Positions 9,376-19,460 are shown, counted from the stretch's first letter. The stretch is DNA of 64,000 bases from an uncultured Desulfosarcina sp. (GCA_963674945.2 CAXXWQ010000004.1:3262455-3326454); one strand, 5' to 3'. Notes: generated by a model from the letters alone, not told the origin. Program-made: numbers and translations.

Positions 9376-10766
9376 CTATATTCCTTTCCTTGGACGTTTT
9401 TTCCCTTGGGTAGTTCAAAGGTAAATATCGATTTTCCCGTTTCACGCCGATACGCGATGGTACCGTTGTGGAGTGTCACGATCCTTTTACAGATGGCAAG
9501 GCCCAGCCCCATGCCTCCGGTTCCGCGACTGCGGGAAGGATCGGCCCGGAACAGGGGTTCGAATATCCTGTCGCACAAGTGGTCTGCAATACCTTGGCCG
9601 GTATCTTCGACGGTAAATTGAACGACCGTATCTTTTTCTTCCATGGTAAGTGTGATCGTGCCAGCCGGTGAGCAGTACTGCAACGCGTTGTCCAACAGGT
9701 TGTTCAGTACCCGTTCCATCTGTTCTCGATCCACCATGACCGTGCCGTGGCATGGCAAGATCTTTTTGTGGAAGGAAAACCCCTTGGCGGCGACGATGTG
9801 GACATATCGCGCATAGGCTTTTTCCATGATCGTCGACGGATCGATCGGTTGTCGCTGCAAGGAAAAATTGGGTAGATTGATTCTTGAATAGACGGACAGC
9901 GACCAGATCATCTCGTCCATGAATCGAATCTCTTCGGATATGAGGTTGAGGTGTTGTAAGCTATTTTCATTTTGGCATTTATCCCTGAGCAACTCCGTCG
10001 AAACCTCCATGCGGGCCAGAGGTGACCGCATCTCGTGGGAGATGTCGGCCAGCAATTGCTTTTTCGATGCAATCATCTCCTTGACCGATTGGCTCATCCT
10101 GTAAAAAACCTGCAACAAATCTCCAAGTTCGTCCTCCCGTTGATTCATATTCAATTTCGGCGAAAAGTTTCCCATCGCAGTTTGATCCAACGCCCGGGCA
10201 AGCTCACTGATTGGTCGCGTAAAGTTACGGGCCAGCGGATAAATGGCGATGGTCAGCAGGATGCAGATGGTAATCAACCCCAAAAGGAGGATGAGTAGGG
10301 GCCTGAATATAGATGCTTGTCTGGCGATGTACAGGTAGTGCGGCGATAGCCCGACAGCAAAGGGGAGCACATAAATCGTGGGTTTCCCAAAGTGTCCGGG
10401 CTGCACGAACCGTTCTCGATGCCGGATCTGTTCCAGCATTACATCGGTAAGGACGGCGTTGGGTGACGCAGTTTCCGGAACAGAGATGATGGGGCGGCGG
10501 GTCGGTCCTAACAGCACAACAGCCATTTCATAGTTGCTGGCTGTCTTTTTAATGAATGACCTCACCTGATCCATGGAATGCCCATCGTTCATCATCTGTT
10601 CGATATGCAAGGCGATAAGATGGGTGTGATCGCGTAAAAGCCGGTGAATGTCACGGGCCATTGGACGGCCCACCGTAAAGAAAAACAGCAGGGCCGACAA
10701 AAGGCACGTGATGAAAATCAATCCGATGAAGGATCGAAGCAGTTTGATATAAATGGTAGATTTCAA
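9372..10766 (-). CDS. HAMP-domain sensor histidine kinase (CpxA-like)
   Basis: Two TM helices, HAMP (REDELGDL), DISHEMRSPL, NLLDNA, DTGQGI, GMGLGL. Confidence 0.9.
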   Translation of the reverse strand: MKSTIYIKLLRSFIGLIFITCLLSALLFFFTVGRPMARDIHRLLRDHTHLIALHIEQMMNDGHSMDQVRSFIKKTASNYEMAVVLLGPTRRPIISVPETASPNAVLTDVMLEQIRHRERFVQPGHFGKPTIYVLPFAVGLSPHYLYIARQASIFRPLLILLLGLITICILLTIAIYPLARNFTRPISELARALDQTAMGNFSPKLNMNQREDELGDLLQVFYRMSQSVKEMIASKKQLLADISHEMRSPLARMEVSTELLRDKCQNENSLQHLNLISEEIRFMDEMIWSLSVYSRINLPNFSLQRQPIDPSTIMEKAYARYVHIVAAKGFSFHKKILPCHGTVMVDREQMERVLNNLLDNALQYCSPAGTITLTMEEKDTVVQFTVEDTGQGIADHLCDRIFEPLFRADPSRSRGTGGMGLGLAICKRIVTLHNGTIAYRRETGKSIFTFELPKGKNVQGKEYR

Positions 10767-10778
10767 AGCAGTATATTG

Positions 10779-11150
10779 CTACTTGTTCATTGGAAACAAT
10801 TCAGCCCTGGCGTATGCGGTAATGTCATTGGCGAAATGGATGTACAGGTCACTATCGCCGTTTACCGGGATCCAATAGGTATCCCGGATCGAATCTGTTA
10901 TTTTATTGTAGGCGACATTTCGCTTGCCTGCCTTTTCCTTCAAGGCCAAGGCCGCCTTGCAATCGGCACATGTGCGATCTCGCCCCAACAAAGAGTAGCA
11001 AGTAATTCCCGGTGTAAGTCCCAATTCCCGCGCCACTTTGTTCAGTGCCACAATCACCTGTTTCTTGGTGATGAGCATCACCGGTGAAGGGTAATTCTCC
11101 CACATCGTGTCAAATGCTTCAATCGCCGTTTTGATATGTTTTTCGTCCAT
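10779..11150 (-). CDS. Small PAS-like protein with a Cys cluster
   Basis: 123 aa; PSPVMLI...IVALNKVA, CY.LLGR...CADC; strong RBS AGGAGG. Confidence 0.6.
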   Translation of the reverse strand: MDEKHIKTAIEAFDTMWENYPSPVMLITKKQVIVALNKVARELGLTPGITCYSLLGRDRTCADCKAALALKEKAGKRNVAYNKITDSIRDTYWIPVNGDSDLYIHFANDITAYARAELFPMNK

Positions 11151-11236
11151 TGTTTTCCTCCTTCCTGTTCGATGCGTTTTATTGCCCAACGACGATTAGC
11201 ATACAGGCAAGTTGTAACTTTCCCATTTCCCCTTTC

Positions 11237-11261
11237 GTAAAAGTTTGTAAAAAATTGTAAA
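11237..11261. promoter_or_regulatory. Triple CpxR-type box GTAAA-N5-GTAAA-N5-GTAAA
   Basis: GTAAAagtttGTAAAaaattGTAAA about 90 bp upstream of the minus-strand PAS-like/kinase/DUF1499 genes. Confidence 0.6.
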
Positions 11262-11477
11262 GGATGGCCCCGAAAATTTCCTGGAAGTTGTCTTGGAACA
11301 TCGGCTTGACAAAAACGAAACTCGTTTTCACATACCATGTTCCGTTTGTATTATTTGCACTGAAACGATTTACACTGGATTAAATATGAAGATACCACAG
11401 GTTTTAAAGACCTTCATTTCGCTGGAATTACCTGTGCTCTATCTTCTAAAACCGACTTCGGAAATTTTGTTCAGCTT

Positions 11478-12883
11478 CACTCTTGTCCAAGAACCGATTT
11501 GAACAGAAGTAATTCGATAAGCACTTGAAAAAAAGCCTCCTTGTAAGGCATGGTTTAATCGCCAAAAGAAACCGTTAGCCAAACAAAGGAGGCAGACAGA
11601 TGGTACGCCATGCAAGCTTGTTCAGTCAACTGGTTGCTTTGTTTCATCGAGGTCAATTTTTCAATCTGGTTTTTCGTCATCAAGCTGAACGTTACGCAAA
11701 AGGCTTCAGCAGTTGGGACCATTTTGTAGCCATGCTTTTTTGTCAACTGGCTCAAGCCAAGAGTCTGCGTGAAATTTGTGGCGGATTATCCTGTTGCCTT
11801 GGCAAACTCCGTCACCTTGGGGTGAAAAAGGCGCCGAACAAATCCACGTTGTCCTATGCCAATGCCCATCGGCCCTGGCAAATGTATCGCGACCTTTTTT
11901 ACCAGACACTTGATGTGTGCAAGATGACAGGTCCAGGCAAACATCGGTTCCGATTTAAAAATAAGTTGCTGTCGCTGGACAGTTCAACCATTTCGCTGTG
12001 TTTGTCGCTTTTTCCGTGGGCAAAATTCCGCCAGACCAAGGGGGCCGTTAAACTTCACTTGCTATTGGATCATGACGGGTATCTGCCGACCTATGCTTAT
12101 ATCTCCAACGGCAAAAAGCATGATGTCACCATTGCCCGTAAGATTCCTCTGTCACCCCAATCGATCGTCGCCATGGATCGGGGGTATAATGATTATCGGC
12201 TATTTGCTTACTGGACGGAAAATCAGATCTATTTTGTCACCCGTTTAAAGGACAATGCCGATTACACGGTGATTGAACAACGACAGGTCCCTTTCAATAG
12301 AAACATCCTGTCCGACGAATTGATCCAGTTCAACGGTCACTACGCTCGTAAGAATTGTCCCCACACGCTACGAAAGGTAACCGTTTGGGATAAAGAACAG
12401 GATCGTGAAATCGTATTGCTGACCAATCATCTGGAATTTGGGGCCACCACAATATCCGCCATTTACAAAGATCGATGGCAAATAGAATTGTTCTTCAAGG
12501 CACTCAAACAGAATCTGAAGGTGAAAACCTTTGTTGGAACCAGCGAGAATGCGCTGTATATCCAGATTTGGACAGCATTAATTGCCATGCTGCTAATCAA
12601 GTACCTGAAGTTTAAGTCCCGATTCAATTGGTCGTTGTCAAATCTGGTTGCTTTTCTCAGATGGAATCTTTTTACTTACAGGGATTTATGGGAATGGATC
12701 GACAAGCCATTTGATGTCCTTCCCGGAACGACTCAGTCTGTCCAATATCCTCTTCCGTTTAAGGGAATTGGACAGCACCAACTGAAAGAGGCAACCTGAT
12801 TCTGAAGTTAGGCGGATTTCTCGCCTAACACGTTGAAATATCAAAGAGCAGTTGCGGGTTTCTGATTATTTTGGACAGCAATG
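11478..12883 (+). mobile_element. IS4 family insertion sequence
   Basis: Imperfect terminal IRs CACTCTTGTCCAAGAA and (reverse complement) CATTGCTGTCCAAAAT around the transposase; no clear target duplication. Confidence 0.8.
11600..12799 (+). CDS. IS4 family DDE transposase (DUF4372 N-terminus)
   Basis: SLDSSTI, AMDRGY, YKDRWQIELFFKALKQ (YREK motif). Confidence 0.92.
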   Translation: MVRHASLFSQLVALFHRGQFFNLVFRHQAERYAKGFSSWDHFVAMLFCQLAQAKSLREICGGLSCCLGKLRHLGVKKAPNKSTLSYANAHRPWQMYRDLFYQTLDVCKMTGPGKHRFRFKNKLLSLDSSTISLCLSLFPWAKFRQTKGAVKLHLLLDHDGYLPTYAYISNGKKHDVTIARKIPLSPQSIVAMDRGYNDYRLFAYWTENQIYFVTRLKDNADYTVIEQRQVPFNRNILSDELIQFNGHYARKNCPHTLRKVTVWDKEQDREIVLLTNHLEFGATTISAIYKDRWQIELFFKALKQNLKVKTFVGTSENALYIQIWTALIAMLLIKYLKFKSRFNWSLSNLVAFLRWNLFTYRDLWEWIDKPFDVLPGTTQSVQYPLPFKGIGQHQLKEAT

Positions 12884-12970
12884 ATATATCTATTGAAATT
12901 ATGGTTTGAGAAACTCAAGTTCAATAATTATTAGCTGGGCGTAACCTGTGAACGGATACGAGGTGATGCA

Positions 12971-14491
12971 ATGGACGTCAAGGATTGGTTTAAACGGCTA
13001 CCACCTGCCTACTGGCTTCCGTTTTCAGCCATTATTGTTGCCGCTGCATATTATCTATGTGCAATATTCGGATTGAGGTTAAGTTTTAAACCTGATTACA
13101 TCGCTGCGCTCTGGCCTCCCAACGCGATCTTGCTTGCCGCCCTCCTTTTGGCGAAACCCAAAGACTGGCTATGGTTCTTAATCGCAGTTATCCCTGCTGA
13201 GCTCGCCGCCGATCTGCCTTCCGGCATCCCCCTGACTATGGCCTTGGGATTTGTTGGCGCTGACTGGATAGAGGTTCTAACAGCAGCCCTATTGCTTCGA
13301 AAACTCTCAAAAACCCCACCCGAATTTGACAATCTTAGAATAACAATGATTTATATTATCTGTTGTGTATTGGTCGCTCCTTTTATCGCTGCATTCCCAG
13401 GTGCTTTAGTTACTGGAATGGGGCAAGCCGGGCCTGCATTCATTACGAGATGGTCTCGATGGTTCATCAGCGACGCATTGACCCATCTGTTGATTACACC
13501 CTTCATCATATTATGGATATGGGATTTTTCAAAAATCAGTTCACGGCAACCTCCATACTTCCTCAAACTGATTTGTCTAACGACGATATTGGTGATTTTG
13601 AGCATCGTCACCCTCAGCGGATTCTTGATGGATCTACAAAAATATCCTGCAATGATATATATTCCCCTACCCGTTCTTCTATGGATATCTGTTCGCTATG
13701 GTCCTCACGGCATTTTTTCTTCATCTGTTGTATACACGATTATTTGTGTTTGGATGCGGTCTCAAGGATACGGTCATTTCATCGAGCACTCCGTTGCTCA
13801 AGATATAATCAACTTACAAATCTATCTCGCCTTGACATTGACACCCATGTTGCTTCTGTCGGCTTTGATAGAGGACCGCAGACGTGCTGAGAAGCTTTTA
13901 CAGACCAGTGAAAATCAGTATCGTGCTCTTTTTATCAATAATATTTCCGCTATGTTAATTATTGACCCGGAGACTGCTGAAATTGTCGATGCAAACCCGT
14001 CTGCATGCTCATTCTATGGTTATCCAAAAAATATTTTAACCAGCATGAAAATTACGGATATAAACGTTATGTCTGAGGATGAAATATTCAAGGAGATGAA
14101 ACGGTCTAAAAGCGAAGGGAAAAACCATTTCAATTTCCGTCATCAGCTATCCGACAAGACAATTCGCGATGTTGACGTATATAGTGGGCCCATTACATTT
14201 GGCGGAAAAACACTGCTATGTTCTATTGTTCATGATATATTTGAGCGAAAGAAAATAGAAACGGAACGAGAAAAATTGATTCGCGATCTTCAAAGTGCTT
14301 TGTCAGAGGTGAAGACGTTGCGAGGTTTCCTCCCAATTTGTGCTTCATGTAAGAAAATTCGTGATGATAAAGGGTACTGGAATCAAATCGAAGAATATAT
14401 TTCCGCTCATTCCGATGCCCAGTTTAGTCATGGGATATGCCCTGATTGTGCCAGAAAATTATATCCAGATATTGATATAGAAAAAAGGTAG
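12971..14491 (+). CDS. MASE1 membrane sensor + PAS domain protein with C-terminal CxxC...HxxCxxC zinc-binding tail
   Basis: ALWPPNAILLA MASE1; DANPSACSFYGY PAS; LPICASCKKIRDDKGYW...SHGICPDC. Confidence 0.85.
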   Translation: MDVKDWFKRLPPAYWLPFSAIIVAAAYYLCAIFGLRLSFKPDYIAALWPPNAILLAALLLAKPKDWLWFLIAVIPAELAADLPSGIPLTMALGFVGADWIEVLTAALLLRKLSKTPPEFDNLRITMIYIICCVLVAPFIAAFPGALVTGMGQAGPAFITRWSRWFISDALTHLLITPFIILWIWDFSKISSRQPPYFLKLICLTTILVILSIVTLSGFLMDLQKYPAMIYIPLPVLLWISVRYGPHGIFSSSVVYTIICVWMRSQGYGHFIEHSVAQDIINLQIYLALTLTPMLLLSALIEDRRRAEKLLQTSENQYRALFINNISAMLIIDPETAEIVDANPSACSFYGYPKNILTSMKITDINVMSEDEIFKEMKRSKSEGKNHFNFRHQLSDKTIRDVDVYSGPITFGGKTLLCSIVHDIFERKKIETEREKLIRDLQSALSEVKTLRGFLPICASCKKIRDDKGYWNQIEEYISAHSDAQFSHGICPDCARKLYPDIDIEKR

Positions 14492-14785
14492 ATTGGATGA
14501 TTGATTATATTTGAAGACGTCCAACCACAACATCTGGTAGCTGGCCTTTTCTATAGAAAGTTTGGATTAGGTTGAGTATCCCAAGCCCCATCAGTTCCTA
14601 CTCCGGTAAACATAACAATACTTATTCACCAATCCGTATTCAGTTGTGATATCCACCGATCAAAATGATGGAGCATTGGCGATTTTCAGAAACCGTAAAA
14701 AATCTACCTGCCGTAAGCAGTGTGTCTCATTACTGTTCCTTGCAGAGGCCTTCTGCTTTCAATACATTGATACATCACAGGCAAA

Positions 14786-15043
14786 TTATCCGAATAGTTT
14801 TTCTTTCCGTGAATTCAGTAATTGCAGGTATTTGGTTTTCATCGAATCCGACAAAAAACTGACCGCCACCAGATTTTCCCAGGCAGGTACCGCCTTCAAT
14901 GCGTCATTTACTGCAGCTGATATAATTTTGTTGGATAACCCCAAGCGGTGCCGACCGAAATAATCGATCAGGATATCGGCATCCAGTTTGCGTTTTTTTC
15001 CTTTTATCGGCAGCGCAATCTCCTCCTGTGGGTTGGTAAGCAC
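14786..15043 (-). pseudogene. C-terminal remnant of a HipA-domain kinase
   Basis: EEIALPIKGKKRKL...WENLVAVSFLSDSMKTKYLQLL.SR resembles HipA C-termini; no N-terminal kinase part upstream. Confidence 0.55.
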
Positions 15044-15250
15044 TATTTTGTCAGTGCAATTTTGGATTTCGTCTATTGAGACAGCTATTCATTGCAGTTA
15101 TTGCCGCTGAGACGGTAGGTGGTGGGGCTGAAAAACCTGGAATACGTTCTAACGCATTAAAATGCCTGGAATCGTGTAACAGCATACCGATCGTATCGAC
15201 GGCAGAATGTTTTGGAAGGATTCCGAGCAGATAGGTTACACAGGCTGGCG

Positions 15251-16888
15251 TTATTTCGTCTTTTGGGTATACTTGATGGACAGCACCAGCTGGTTTCGCA
15301 GCATGCTCACGTAGCGATGCTCGGTCTCGCTAATGGGCCGGCCCGTCGTCTCCCGATCGCCGTACAGGGCGCCGATGTTCATATTCTGGTAGAAGACGGG
15401 CAAGAAGACGAAGGAGGGGGCATCGATCTGTTCACGATACCAGGAGGGAATGAGGTGGACCATCTTTTCGTCGTGGGAGTCTTCGACGACCAGGTCTTTT
15501 CCCACCTGAAGGGAGAAATTGAACAGGTCCTTTGATGGTTTGATCTCAAAACCGAGGTGATTCATCAGTCGCTGGCTTTGCTCACCATACCCGAAGCGGG
15601 CCTGCATCTGCATTTTCCCGTGATCCCGGATGAACATCAATACCCGGTTGAAATCCAGGGCCCGATAGAAGATTTCCAGGCTCATGACGGCGATGGTGTC
15701 CACGTCGGAATCGGTCATCATGAGTTGTGACAGCTCCTGGATGCCTTCCATGAGGATATCGCCGGGATTCCGGGTGCCGGGAATACGCGCACTGGTCTTG
15801 AGCTGGCTGTCGTCCGTCAACAGATAGCTGCCCGGTACCCTGTCCAGCGTCGAATCTTCGTCTTTGCCCTGGACGACCTCATCCTCGATCCGTTCCTGTT
15901 TTTCCGGGTCGTAGATGGCCACCAGCTGTTCCAGAAAGTTGCTTTTGGAAATGTGAAGACTCAACGCCTCTGCATGATCCCGAACGTTCTCCAGCGAATC
16001 CTGGACAAGCGTTTCCAGTCGTTTCTTGGAAAGGGGGATGTGGGGTGCATAGCTTTCCAGAAGGGTTTGCAGCTGTTCTGAATCGGCCGGCTGACTGTCA
16101 TTGGCGATGATGCCGTGCATGGCCCTCACGAAATCGGTGACGACCCTGAGCTTTTCCGGCACTTTCTTTTTGTTTTTCAGCGCCGTCCGGGAAAGGGGTG
16201 TCATGGCTTCGCAGATCTGTGACGGGAAGTTCCACTGCCTGGCCACGGCCAGGCCCAACTCCTCGTAGGTGACACCGCAAACCGCCTTGACCGCCCGGGT
16301 CTCACTGATCCCATCATCGATGATCCGGTTGGAAATCTTCCGATAGTCCCCCGGCAGATAGTGGATCATGACCATCTTTCCCAGGTAGCTCATCATGGCG
16401 CATACGAAGGTTTCTTCCGGGTCTACCCCGTCCACGATACCTGCCAGCTGGCGAGCCATCATTCCGGACCAGAAGGCGCCGACAACCGTTTCCTGCAGAT
16501 CCCCGGCGTAGGCGCGTCCCTTGAAATGTTCGAACAGGACCAGGCTCAACACGGCCAGGCGAACGTTTTCGTAACCGAGTAACACCACCGCCCGTGTGAC
16601 CGTGCTCACCTTGCCGCCGGCCAGTCCGAAATAGGCGGAGTTGACCATCTTGAGCAGCTTACTGGTCAGGCCATGGTCGTTGATGATGATGTTGGACAGC
16701 TCGGTTGCATTGGTGGTCTCCGGGTTCGCCTCCAGTTTCTGGTTGAGTTCGACGACATACTTGGAGATGGAGGGAAACGCATCGTCCAGGTTGATGCGGC
16801 TCAACAAACGTTCCAGGGCGGTTTTACCTTGGTTGGGCTGATCTTGGGGCGTGGTTCTGTTCATTTGGGGTTCCGGCTTGGCGTCCAA
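15251..16888 (-). CDS. HDOD domain protein with C-terminal GAF-like domain
   Basis: DHGLTSKLLKMVNSAYF, TVTRAVVLLG, ARQWNFP; C-terminal FVFLPV...IGALYGD; start uncertain. Confidence 0.85.
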   Translation of the reverse strand: MDAKPEPQMNRTTPQDQPNQGKTALERLLSRINLDDAFPSISKYVVELNQKLEANPETTNATELSNIIINDHGLTSKLLKMVNSAYFGLAGGKVSTVTRAVVLLGYENVRLAVLSLVLFEHFKGRAYAGDLQETVVGAFWSGMMARQLAGIVDGVDPEETFVCAMMSYLGKMVMIHYLPGDYRKISNRIIDDGISETRAVKAVCGVTYEELGLAVARQWNFPSQICEAMTPLSRTALKNKKKVPEKLRVVTDFVRAMHGIIANDSQPADSEQLQTLLESYAPHIPLSKKRLETLVQDSLENVRDHAEALSLHISKSNFLEQLVAIYDPEKQERIEDEVVQGKDEDSTLDRVPGSYLLTDDSQLKTSARIPGTRNPGDILMEGIQELSQLMMTDSDVDTIAVMSLEIFYRALDFNRVLMFIRDHGKMQMQARFGYGEQSQRLMNHLGFEIKPSKDLFNFSLQVGKDLVVEDSHDEKMVHLIPSWYREQIDAPSFVFLPVFYQNMNIGALYGDRETTGRPISETEHRYVSMLRNQLVLSIKYTQKTK

Positions 16889-16966
16889 AGGGCTTTGCCC
16901 ATATCATAATACTCTTGTTCTGGTATCGACAATTGCCGGAAAAAGTTGATGGATTTTTATTAATGG

Positions 16967-19174
16967 CTATCCCCCGCATCCTAACGTCGGATCCGCCGAA
17001 GCCGAACCCCGGCGAATGCGTTTTTTCTTCTTGATCTGGCACAGAAGTGTCTTATAGACGGGAAAACCGGAAATTTCGTCGTACTGACGGTCATCGGTGA
17101 GAAAGTTCACGTTGGCCTCCTGCCAGGCCTTCGTCCCCAAGGGGCCGCCGCCGCCCACCGGGGCATAGACGAATCCTGCCATGATCGTATCGGTCACGAA
17201 CGCGTGCATGGTCACCTTTCCCCGCGGCGTTTTGATCACCACCACGTCGTCCGTTTCGATGCCCCGCGCCTTGGCGTCGGCCGGATTCATCTGGACTGCC
17301 GGATGGGGGTATTTTTCCATGAATCCGGGAACTGCGCGAAGGCAGGATTTCATGTCCGGCTTGAAGGGGCCGGTTCCCAAAATCAGCGGGAAACGGCGAA
17401 AAAGATCCGGATCACTGACCGGCGTCTCGTCGGATTCCTTGTAGACGGGCAACCCATCGTATCCGTACTTTTCCAGGATCGTGGATTTGATCTCGAATTT
17501 TCCGGTAGGCGTGTCGAACCCCGGCTTTCCGTCGCCTCGCAGCAGCCCCAGTTCCCACTTGCGATGATTCACGGGGGCGCGCTGCGGGGCGTAGACCATT
17601 CGGGGTGACTTTTTCAGGTCGTCCACGGTAAGGTTCCACCGGGCCAGGGTCAGGGCCAGCATGGCATCGGGGTCCTTGGGGTAATGATGACCGTACCCCA
17701 ATCGATCCGCCAGTTCCACAAGAATCTGATATCCGGGTTTGGCCTCGCCCACCGGTGGGATCATCTGTTCCCGATAGCGGATGGCGTTGCCATAGTAGCA
17801 ATAGGAGGCCTGCTCGAAGGCCGTGGTGGCCGGCAGGACCAGATCCGCGTAGGCCGCATCCCGGGTGAGCTGCAGGTCCATTGTCACCAGAAAATCGAGT
17901 TTTTCCAATGCCCTTTGCCACAGTGCCGGGTTGGGCCAGGCGGTGAGCAGCGATGCCCCCAGTATGAGCAGCGCCCGTATGGGGTAAGGCTCGCCGTCCA
18001 TGATGGCCCGTGGGAGCAGCATGGCGTGGGGTTCGCCACCGCAGTAGTGGGCGTAGACGGGAAACTCGTCCCTGCCGATGGATTTTTCCCACCCCGGCGT
18101 GGTCAGCTGATGGTCCGTGGGCAGCGGTAAACTGGTTTTCTGCCCAAGAAAATTGCGGCCTCCCTCCACATCCAGTTGTCCTGCCAGGGCCCACAGCACC
18201 ATGACGGCCCGGATATTCTGGACACCGCTTTTGGTGTACTCCAAACCCGTGTACATGACGTAACTGGCGCCGTCGGCATCGACGATGCGTTCGGCCAGCT
18301 CTTCGATGGTATCCGGATCGATCCCGGTGATTGTAGACACCCGGTCCGGTGGGAAATTCTGAACATAGGCGGCAAATTCGTCGAAGCCTACCGTCCATTC
18401 GTCGACGAAGTGTTTGTCGTATTCGCCGTCTCGGATCAGGACGTGGCACAGCCCCAGGGCCAGGGCGCCATCGGAGCCGGGACGGATGGGAATCCACTGG
18501 CTGCCGGGAAGTTCCGCGCAGCGTGTCCTGCGCGGATCGATCACGATAATTTCGGCCCCTTCCGCAGCTGCGGTCTTGAGTTGCTCGAACATGATGGGCG
18601 GGGTGGACGTGGAGGGATCGGTACCCCATACCAGGATCAGGTCGCTATTGTCCACATCGCTGTACATGTCGATATGCAGGCACCCCATCGTCAGCTTGGG
18701 TGCCAACACCCCCAGGGAGGTGTAGCAGGGGGCGCCGACACCGAAGGTGTTGGGTGAGCCATAGGGAAAGAGGATGGTGGTGGCCAGATAGATCTCCGCC
18801 TCCCTGAGTTTGAATGCGTCCTTGAAGGCACGTTCATAGGAACCTGTTCCCGCATAAAAGGCCGCGGCCTCGGGGCCGTGTTCCTGTTTTACCGTTGTTA
18901 GTCGCCGGACGATGGTGTCGTAGGCTTCGTCCCAGGTGATCGGCTCAAAATCATATGTTCCTTTGGGGCCTTTTCGCTTCAGGGGCCGGGTGAGCCGTTT
19001 TTCCGAATAGATGACCTGTTCCACATGGTCGGCGATGGGGCAAAGCACCTTTCCCAAGGGGGCTTTCGGGTCGGGTTCCAGTCGTACGATGCGGCCGTTT
19101 TCGTCGAAATGAACGATGGCGCCGCATCCGGGGCTGTGAAAGCAAAGACCGCAGATACCGTTTTTTGTCTTCAA
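16967..19174 (-). CDS. Mo/W-bis-PGD oxidoreductase, acetylene hydratase / metallopterin ergothioneine synthase-like, ending in LGCGG
   Basis: N-terminal CGLC...GC...C 4Fe-4S motif, ITWDEA, YADLVLPATT.FE, MNPADAKARGI; no Tat signal; TTG start with AGAGG RBS. Confidence 0.85.
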   Translation of the reverse strand: MKTKNGICGLCFHSPGCGAIVHFDENGRIVRLEPDPKAPLGKVLCPIADHVEQVIYSEKRLTRPLKRKGPKGTYDFEPITWDEAYDTIVRRLTTVKQEHGPEAAAFYAGTGSYERAFKDAFKLREAEIYLATTILFPYGSPNTFGVGAPCYTSLGVLAPKLTMGCLHIDMYSDVDNSDLILVWGTDPSTSTPPIMFEQLKTAAAEGAEIIVIDPRRTRCAELPGSQWIPIRPGSDGALALGLCHVLIRDGEYDKHFVDEWTVGFDEFAAYVQNFPPDRVSTITGIDPDTIEELAERIVDADGASYVMYTGLEYTKSGVQNIRAVMVLWALAGQLDVEGGRNFLGQKTSLPLPTDHQLTTPGWEKSIGRDEFPVYAHYCGGEPHAMLLPRAIMDGEPYPIRALLILGASLLTAWPNPALWQRALEKLDFLVTMDLQLTRDAAYADLVLPATTAFEQASYCYYGNAIRYREQMIPPVGEAKPGYQILVELADRLGYGHHYPKDPDAMLALTLARWNLTVDDLKKSPRMVYAPQRAPVNHRKWELGLLRGDGKPGFDTPTGKFEIKSTILEKYGYDGLPVYKESDETPVSDPDLFRRFPLILGTGPFKPDMKSCLRAVPGFMEKYPHPAVQMNPADAKARGIETDDVVVIKTPRGKVTMHAFVTDTIMAGFVYAPVGGGGPLGTKAWQEANVNFLTDDRQYDEISGFPVYKTLLCQIKKKKRIRRGSASADPTLGCGG

Positions 19175-19253
19175 AATCGAACCTCTTTTTATTGAAATGT
19201 GGAAACCCTGGTCCCCTGGACCTGATCAGAGTTCACTAACTCAGCCGTATGCT

Positions 19254-19391
19254 CGTTACAAGAATTCAGGAGTCAGCATGCAGAATCCAGAATCAGGTAT
19301 TCGCCTTCGGCTCGATCCAATATGATTTAACCGACGGAGCGAAGCGACACCAGATTTATTCTGGCTCCTGAATACTGGCTTCTGACTCCTG
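19254..19391. repeat. Element bounded by inverted tandem heptamers (CAGGAGT/CAGAATT type), copy 1
   Basis: CAGGAGTCAG..CAGAATCCAGAATC ... ATTCTGGCTCCTGAATACTGGCTTCTGACTCCTG; inverted homolog at 48484-48608. Confidence 0.8.
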
Positions 19392-19460
19392 CGGTGTTTA
19401 CCGTGATCGCAGTGCATCCCCTTCCAGGCGGGGCCAAAGCCGGACCCTCTGGATCGGATT

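Noticed and set aside
16890..16969. Readthrough of the stop after GCGG in the Mo enzyme
   Set aside because: The stop is TAG, and the downstream frame is short and AT-rich with no similarity to a desulfurase.
19254..19391. CRISPR array
   Set aside because: No regularly spaced 23-47 bp repeats with unique spacers here or elsewhere in the window; no cas genes.
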